Assembly (NCBI GenBank): GCA_951406725.2
Contig: OX597826.1
Coordinates: 10,664,001 to 10,728,000, forward strand
Length of the DNA stretch: 64,000 bases
Reading direction: 5' to 3'
DNA from: Octopus vulgaris
Lineage: Eukaryota
Position 1 is the stretch's first letter. Each line of letters begins with the position of its first letter. The position numbers were made by a program, and so were the translations under genes. This document shows, one piece after another, positions 56,568 through 64,000 of the stretch. The notes under the pieces were generated by a model that worked only from the letters and a program-made list of their open reading frames with translations, made no database searches and was not told where the DNA came from.

Positions 56568-57699
56568 ATGCAGGTTTAGCTGGGTGCTTGTCTCCCCCTT
56601 GTAAACATAAGGACACAGGAAATGTATCAAGGCCGACAGGAAGCGTCGATGCTTCCTAGGGCTAAATAGCGATGGTGTGATTCCCTTCATGGGACTGTCA
56701 CATTAAGTTGACAGTATACAACTACTCTATAATTAATTGATCCTCCTGTATTTTCTTTTACCCAAAGCCAGGAACTTTTCAGCACCCCCTTGTACACACT
56801 CCTTTAGTAAAACTATAATCTTTGCATTAGAGGAAATCCATTATCATTATACCTAAAATATAAGGATTAACCAGCCACTAACTTGGATTTATTTACGGAA
56901 AATTTTATTCAATTTGACAGACAACTGTAAAATTGTAACATATTAGAGATGAATAACTTAAGTTATTAGCATTTAAACTGGCCATTGGATTGGTCTGCCC
57001 ATGTTCAATTCATTGTGGGACAAAGCCCTCAGCCATGTTCTCTCCATCAACATGAATTTGAGATTGAGCTCAAACTAGTTTGATGAGTCTACTCTGCCAC
57101 ACTGGCATGGCATGACTTGGCAGAAGGGTGCAACTTTTATAGGAGTAGCTACGTTGATTACATTGACCCCAGTGCTCAACTGGTACTTAATTTATTGACT
57201 CCAAGAGGATAAAAGGAAAAGTCGTCCTTGGCAGAATTTGAACCCTGAACAGACCAAGTATTTCGCAAGGTGTGTAAAAAATTCTGCCAGTTTGCTACTT
57301 TATCTGGCCCAGATATTCACCCTGTTACATGTTCAAAGCAGCTGGATCCAGTTTCTCACAGCCATCTTACAAATTTGTTCTAAAAATTATCAATCAGAAC
57401 ATCGAAATCTTGAAGCCATAAGATAATGCAAGACTAATTTTAAAATAAATGTAAATAATAAGAATTATATTTGACAGAGTAATGTGAATGCTAAAGGGTG
57501 TATTTGTTGTCTTATATTTCGTTTTTGGATTTGGTTTGCAAAATTGTTTATGTGAGTTTGTTTGTTGAAGCATATTCTAATGTGTCTGGGGAGAGTCATT
57601 TTCTTTTTGTGCCTTTTAATGTAACACACTCACCGGTAAAATTTCCACTTATTTCTTATTTTTATTTTCCTAAAATTTTCGTTGCGTCTTACAACCTTT

Positions 57700-59188
57700 T
57701 CAATAGTTTTGACTCTGTCCGTTACTTACACTGCGTTCTTTTTTGTCTGTTTGTGCGCATGTGTGTGGGTGTGTCTATGCATGCATGTACATATGAATGC
57801 ATGTGTGTATATATGCATGTGTATCTGTATGTATGTATTCTGCATATTTATGTGCTTGCCTGTCCGTGTTTGTGTATTTTTTTATGTGTGTGTGAGTGTG
57901 TGTTTGTATATGTATGCACCTCTGTCTCCTTGTGTGTGCATGTCTGTGTGTGTGTGTGTGTTTTGCAACTATGTACCATGTTTGTATGTATGGATGTGCA
58001 TCTTTATATGTGTGGACTTGTGTCTCCATATCCAAGCACCCAAAAGACCCAATACTCAGACAAATACGGGAGTACGTCCTTATAAATGAAACTTCCCCGA
58101 TACTTAAATAGGAAATATACACAATAAATACCATACCTCCATACCCACAGTTTACACAGGTAGCGTAAAATAGTTAGTGGGCTGTTACGTAGACAGATGT
58201 ATGTATGTGTGTATATACACATGCATGTAAGCATATGGATATGAAAATAAACAGATCAACGTACAGACGGATAGGTACATAGGTTATAAGAACAGACAAG
58301 CGCACATACGCAAATGGAGACTGAAGCACATGACCATATGTACACACACACTTTACTCCACACAAGGACACATTGGAGACACGGGTCCACACATAGAGAG
58401 ATGCACATCTGTACATACAAACATGGTACATAGTTGCATAACACACACACACACACACACAAGGAGACAGAGGTGCATACATATACAAACACACGCTCAC
58501 ATAAACACATACATAGAAAATACACAAACACAGACATACAAGCACATGAATATGCAGAATACATACATACAGATGCACATACATGCATACATATATACAT
58601 ATGCATACACACACATATATACATACACACACATGCATACATACATACACACATACATACATGCATTCATAGGCACACACACACACAAACATACATAGAA
58701 ACTACACAAACACAGACATGCAAGCACATGAATATGCAGAATACATACATGCAGGTGCACACACATGCATACATATATACACAAAAAGGTGGTGAGCTGG
58801 CAGAACCGTTAGCATGCCAGGCGAAATGCGTAGCCGTATTTCGTCTGTCTTGACGTTCTGAGATCAAATTCCGCCGAGGTTGACTTTGACTTTCATCCTT
58901 TCGGGATCGATAAATTACGTACCAGTTGCACACTGGGGTCGATGTAATCGACTTAATCCGTTTGTCTGTCCTTGTTTGTCCCCTCTATGTTTAGCCCCTT
59001 GTGGGTAATAAAGAAACATACATATATACACATGCATACACACACATATACACACACACATGCATACATCCATACACACATACATACATTCATAGGCACA
59101 CACACACACACACACTGACCCACACACATGCGCACAAACAAACAAAAAGGAATGCAGTGTAAATAATGGACAGAGTCAAGGCTATTGT
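57700..59188. repeat. Large fold-back with (TG)/(CA)-rich arms, interrupted by a SINE at about 58788-59017
   Basis: 57702-58028 is the reverse complement of 58375-59188, which also carries an internal duplication. Confidence 0.65.
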
Positions 59189-59283
59189 TGTCTTCAGTTA
59201 TGTCTCAATGGCCTGTTCATTAAATTTCATTTGCCACACTACTTTTTAATGATAGTTCAATCAGTAAAAGTAGTTTGTGGTAA

Positions 59284-59608
59284 GGAGCACTCCGTCAGTT
59301 ACGACGACGAGGGTCCCCGCTGATATGATCAACAGAACAGCCTGCTCGTGAAATTAACGTGCAAGTGACTGAGCAATCCACAGACACGTGTACCCCTAAC
59401 GTAGTTCTCAGGGAGATTCAGCGTGACACAAAGTGTGACAAGGCTGGCCCTTTGAAATACAGGTACTACACATTTTTGCCAGCTGAATGGACTGGGGCAA
59501 CGTGAAATGAAGTGTCTTGCTCAAGGACACAACGCGTCGCCGGGAATCGAACTCACGACCTTACAATCGTGAGCGGAATGCCCTAACCACTAAGCCACGC
59601 GCCTTCAC
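59284..59608 (-). mobile_element. tRNA-derived SINE with a 13-bp TSD; related copies at about 11955-12296, 21990-22285, 46470-46806
   Basis: TAGTTTGTGGTAA at 59271-59283 and 59609-59621; A and B boxes on the minus strand. Confidence 0.85.
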
Positions 59609-60247
59609 TAGTTTGTGGTAAATGACACTAATCACTGATGAGTTTGTTTGCCAAGTCAATAAAATGGATTTTCTCCCATTCTCTTTTTCCTGAGGATAAT
59701 AATTTCATCTGCAAATGCTCAGATATAAATGGAATTACATCACTCTACTTCCCTCACTCGTATCTGCTTTGAATTTCAAAAGAAAATTCAAATCTACCAC
59801 TCAGTGAAACACCATCACCTGGCTGACTCTTGGATGTCTTGAGACAGATTCCTACAAGTCTGGAAGGCCCTGAAAAGAGTCTTGGGGGTTGCCCTTCTTC
59901 TTCTGATTAAGCATTAATAAAAGATAATAAAAAAGAAAGGGGTATGTAATGAAGGTATACTCAGCCCTTCTTTTATCATTTGTCTGTTTCATTCATTGAA
60001 TTGTGAGCAGGCTGGTACTTATTCTATCAGCTTCTTTTGTGGAACTGCTTATGGGAACATAAACAAACCAACACCAGTTGGTAAGTGGTGAGAGGCAGCC
60101 ACAAAGATGCACTGAACAAATCAACCCCAGTACTTATTTTTTAAGCTTAATACTTCTATTGGTCTCTTATACCAAACTGTTATGTTACAGGGGACATAAA
60201 CAAACAAACACCAGTTGTCAAGCAGTGGTGAGGGACAAACACAAAGA

Positions 60248-61367
60248 CGGGGGTGGTTGCTCTGAGAGTGTAGTGACCAGAGTAAGAATAGCCTGGGCAA
60301 AGTTCAGGGAGCTCTTACCTCTGCTGGCAACTAAGGGCCTCTCGCTCAGGGTGAAAGGTAGACTGTATGAGGCATGTGTGTGAACTGCCATGCTACACAG
60401 CAGTGAAATATGAGCCATGAATGCTGAGGACATGCATAAGCTTGAAAGAAATGAAGCTAGTATGATCCGCTGGATGTGTAATGGCAGTGTGCATACACAA
60501 CAGAGTGTAAGCGCCCCGAGAGAAAAATTGGGCCTAAGAAGCATCAAATGTGGTGTGCAAGAGAGGCGACATGTGTTATGTATGAATAAAGGCAGCTGTG
60601 TGAGGAAGTGCCACTCCCTAACTGTAGAAGGAACCTGTGGAAGAGGTAGACCCAGGAAGACATGCGGTGAGGTGGTGAAGCATGACCTTCAAACATTGGG
60701 CCTCCCAGAGGCAATGACAGGAGACCAGGACCTTTGGAGATACGCAGTGATTGAGAAAACCCAGAAATTAAAGTGAGATCACAGCCATGCATGTCCAGCT
60801 CTGTTAAGAATACTCCTGATGCATCGGGCAATATGATATGCTTGAGAAGACCTGTTGAGTCAGGTAAAACCAATATAATAGCTGGAGCCAGTGCCCCCTG
60901 ACTGGCTCCTGTGCCAATGGCACGTAAAATGTGCCATCCAAACGTGGTCGATGCCATGTCCACCTGACTGGCTCCTGTGCCTGTGGTACATAAAAAGCAC
61001 CATCCGAACATGTTTGTTATCAGGCCCGCCTTACTGGCTCCGGTGCCAATGGCATGTAAAAAGCACCAACCAATTGTGACCGATGCCAGTACCCCCTAAC
61101 TGACTCCTGTGCTGGTGGTATGTAAAAAGCACCATCCGAATGTGATCATTGCCAGGCCCACCTTACTGGCTCCTGTGCCAGTGGCATGTAAAAAGCACCC
61201 ACTACTCTCTCAGAGAGGTTAGCGTGAGGAAGGCATCCAGCTATAGAAACTCTGCCAGACCAGATTGGAGCCTGGTGCAGCCACTGGTTCTCCAGACCCC
61301 AGTCAAACCGTCCAACCCATGCCAGCTTGGAAAATGGACTTTAATTGATGATGATGATGATGATGAT
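60248..61367 (+). mobile_element. 5'-truncated RTE-clade LINE with 3' UTR repeats and (ATG)n tail
   Basis: [22 protein letters not shown]; 3' UTR same as 50016-50630. Confidence 0.85.
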
Positions 61368-61573
61368 ATATACATTTTTTGGTATCAGCACCAAACAGTG
61401 TTTAGGGATAAGTGAATTTTAGGTTAGTTAAAATACCTTTGTCGCATATTTCAACTTCTAAAGGCAAATTTACTGCAGTTATTATAGAGAAAAAATTTGC
61501 CCGTATGGTTAAAGGTGTAAAAAACCATATCTGTCCAGCACTGCACCCCCATATATATATATATATATATATA

Positions 61574-62449
61574 TTAGCTGGTGTACCTGGTAATTCCCGG
61601 GGCTAAAGATGTTCTATTGAAATGCCTTATTACTCTGATATAAGAAAGCAATTTCATTATAACTGCCACAAATGGTGTATTTTCCATTGCAAAAATGTAC
61701 AAAAACTGTCAGCTGGAGGAGGGAGAGATTGTTGGAGGTTGGCGAGAGAGGTTGTCGGAGGTTGGCAAGAGAGGTGGTCGGAGGTTGGCAAGAGAGGTGG
61801 TCGGAGGTTGGCGAGAGAGGTTATTGGAGGTTGGCGAGAGAGGTTGTCAGAGGTTGGCAAGAGAGATTGTCAGAGGGAAAGGCATCTTTGTTCCAAAATG
61901 TCAGTCTTGCATGGCTTCGTGATACACAACGTTTTTGGTTTTGCTGTTGGGTGCATAAATGAATAAATTTTCCGAATTTCCAACACTAGAGCATCCAACA
62001 TAGAGTTGTCTGTGAGAAATGTACGAATGAAGTCTTTAACCCTTTAGCATTTAAACCGGCCATATCCGGCCAAAAGTATTCTGCCTGTTTTATGTTCAAA
62101 ATGGCCAGGTCTGGTCTCTCACACCAACCCTACAATATCGTTTTAAAAATTAACAGCTACCTCATCAACATTTCAAAGCTACAAGATAATGCCTGATTAG
62201 TTCAAAACAATGTGGATGAAAAAGGATTACTTTGGGTAGAATAATGTGAACACTAAAGGGTTAAGGTTTAAGATTCAAATTAAGGAAGTGCAATAATAAT
62301 GTTTAGCAGTTCAAAACTGAGTAGTAAAATGCAGAATTAGGTTGGCTGATCGTGAGAATCAAATATTGATTGCTTCACTAAAAGTTGCAGGTGGTATGGG
62401 TTATTTCCCTAGGGTTGTTTAAATAAAATATTAGTAATATGTAGTAGAT
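61574..62449 (-). mobile_element. Non-autonomous Helitron-like element with a 22-bp minisatellite (about 61730-61875) and a nested TTAA MITE; partial copy at about 40170-40446
   Basis: Minus strand begins TCTACTAC... and ends with the hairpin CCCGGGAATTACCAGG followed by CTAA. Confidence 0.55.
62040..62260. mobile_element. piggyBac-type (TTAA) MITE; other copies at 16282-16503, about 31176-31395 and about 56965-57497
   Basis: CCCTTTAG/CTAAAGGG TIRs; TTAA duplicated; empty site visible in the paralogous copy near 40257. Confidence 0.8.
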
Positions 62450-64000
62450 AGAAGGATCCATTCAAGGGGATTACAAACCAGGGAAATTCTGTTTTTTGTT
62501 TAAATTTTAATTTTTCTTAAAGAAACTTAATGCCCCTTCCCCCACCTTGCCCAACCATCACCTTCCCACTTTCAAAGAGATAAGAACTGCAAATGTTTCA
62601 CTTTTATCTGATGTTTCACGCATATGTAGAATTCTACTGAAATAGCTGATCATTTCTGAAAAAAATTTCAAAAAAACTCAAAGTAAAAGATTTGCAGTTT
62701 TTAGCTTTTTGAAAGTGGAGAAGTGAAGGGTGGAGGTTGGGGTAGGGGATTTCAGTGTTTTTTTTAACGAAAAAGTTTAAAAAGAATTTTTGTTTAAAGT
62801 TTTATAATCTCTGTATTTTTCTAAGGGGATTACAAAAATAAATTTCAAAAAAAGTTAAGAATTAAAAAATTTGATCGGGGAAGGGGAAATTAAAATTTTG
62901 AAAACATTGTTTTGGGTCAAAACTCTAATCAAAAACATAAGGAATCCCAAAAAATTTTTTGGGGAAAAAAAGAGGGTAGTGCAACTGTTAACTATGACAC
63001 ACTAGAAACAACAGCTAAATGACAAGATTTCTAAAAACACTTTCTTTTAAGTTTATATTGAAGATCAGGTTTTTAAATACACTCATCACATACACAAATT
63101 ACAAATTAAAAGAAAGGTTGGCGGAGTTCTGATTGAAGTATGTACTTTAAATTCCTCATGATTTTTATATTTTAAGAATTTCCACAAATTTTTTCCATTC
63201 TGTCATCTGCAAAATGAAATTAATACAATTATCCAAAAAAATTTTTTTTTAAATATCTGCCCCCTAATTCCAAAATTTTCCAGTTTTCAGAGTTTTTTTT
63301 TTTTATTTGGTTTTAAAATATGGACATTCATTTCTCTTTATAATTTCCAAATATTTTTTAAATACTTCAACATAAAAATTATTGCATGTTAGTGTAAGAA
63401 AACATCATTTACTAACAGAAAGTTATGTTATTAAAATAAATTATCGCTAACATAACTTTAAATTGTTGATTAATAGAGAATTATGTTATTCTCTTTTACA
63501 CTTTTACTTATTTCAGTCATTTGAGTGTGGCCATGCGGGAGCACCGCCTTTAGTCGAGCAAATCGACCCCAGGACTTATTCTTTCAGTCTCTTTTGCGGA
63601 ACCGCTAAGTTACGGGGATGTAAAACACCAGCATCGGTTGTCAAGCAATGTTGGGGGGGGGGGACAAACAAAGACACACAAACATAAACACATACATATA
63701 TACGACAGGCTTCTTTCAGTTTCCGTCTACCAAATCCACTCACAAGGCTTTGGTCAGCCCGAGGCTATAGTAGAAGACACTTGCCACGCAGTGGGACTGA
63801 ACCCAGAACCATGTGGTTGGTTAGCAAGCTACTTACCACACAGCCACTCCTGCGCCTATGTGTTTGTTGTTGATTATAGTAAGATAAAATTACGACAATA
63901 ACAATACATCTCATAGTTGTAAAATATGGCATTTTGAAACTACATATATATTTCTTTACTACTCACAAGGGGCTAAACACAGAGAGGACAGACAAACGGA

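Larger units (their letters stand above)
55817..56728 (+). mobile_element. Putative non-LTR retrozyme: about 2.6 tandem 351-bp units, each with a type I hammerhead ribozyme
   Basis: Units start at 55817, 56168 and 56519; each has CCAGA-CTGATGA-stem II-GAAACTAGTC-TCTG(G/A); ATAATTA TSD at 55810-55816 and 56729-56735. Confidence 0.85.
55660..56792. mobile_element. Mariner-type MITE hosting the retrozyme array
   Basis: TIRs CGAAGGGGTGCTGAAAAGTTCCTGGCTTT and AAAGCCAGGAACTTTTCAGCACCCCCTTG, flanked by TA; related uninterrupted copy at about 13028-13240. Confidence 0.8.

Noticed and set aside
55817-56728. CRISPR-like or plain satellite interpretation of the 351-bp array
   Set aside because: No unique spacers and a eukaryotic context; the ribozyme cores and TSD favour a retrozyme

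Overview
This is AT-rich, repeat-dense eukaryotic DNA. The SINE, LINE and microsatellite content strongly suggests an octopus (cephalopod) genome; that assignment is inferred. One real gene is visible on the minus strand: six phase-compatible coding exons (19341 down to 132, continuing beyond the window start) encoding a class I cytokine receptor of gp130/Domeless type (signal peptide, Ig domain, CX9CXW cytokine-binding module, FN3 with a WSxWS-like GIYSEP). One of its introns is GC-AG. The rest is intronic or upstream DNA containing tRNA-derived SINEs, RTE and CR1 LINE fragments, Penelope-like fold-back elements with minimal hammerhead motifs, mariner/Tc1/hAT/Chapaev relics, TTAA MITEs, Helitrons and a tRNA-Glu(TTC)-like gene. 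The most notable element is at 55817-56728: about 2.6 tandem 351-bp, highly structured units, each with a type I hammerhead ribozyme, inserted with a 7-bp TSD into a mariner MITE. It looks like a non-LTR retrozyme (ribozyme-containing circular-RNA retroelement). Nearly all ORFs in the supplied track are spurious repeat translations.
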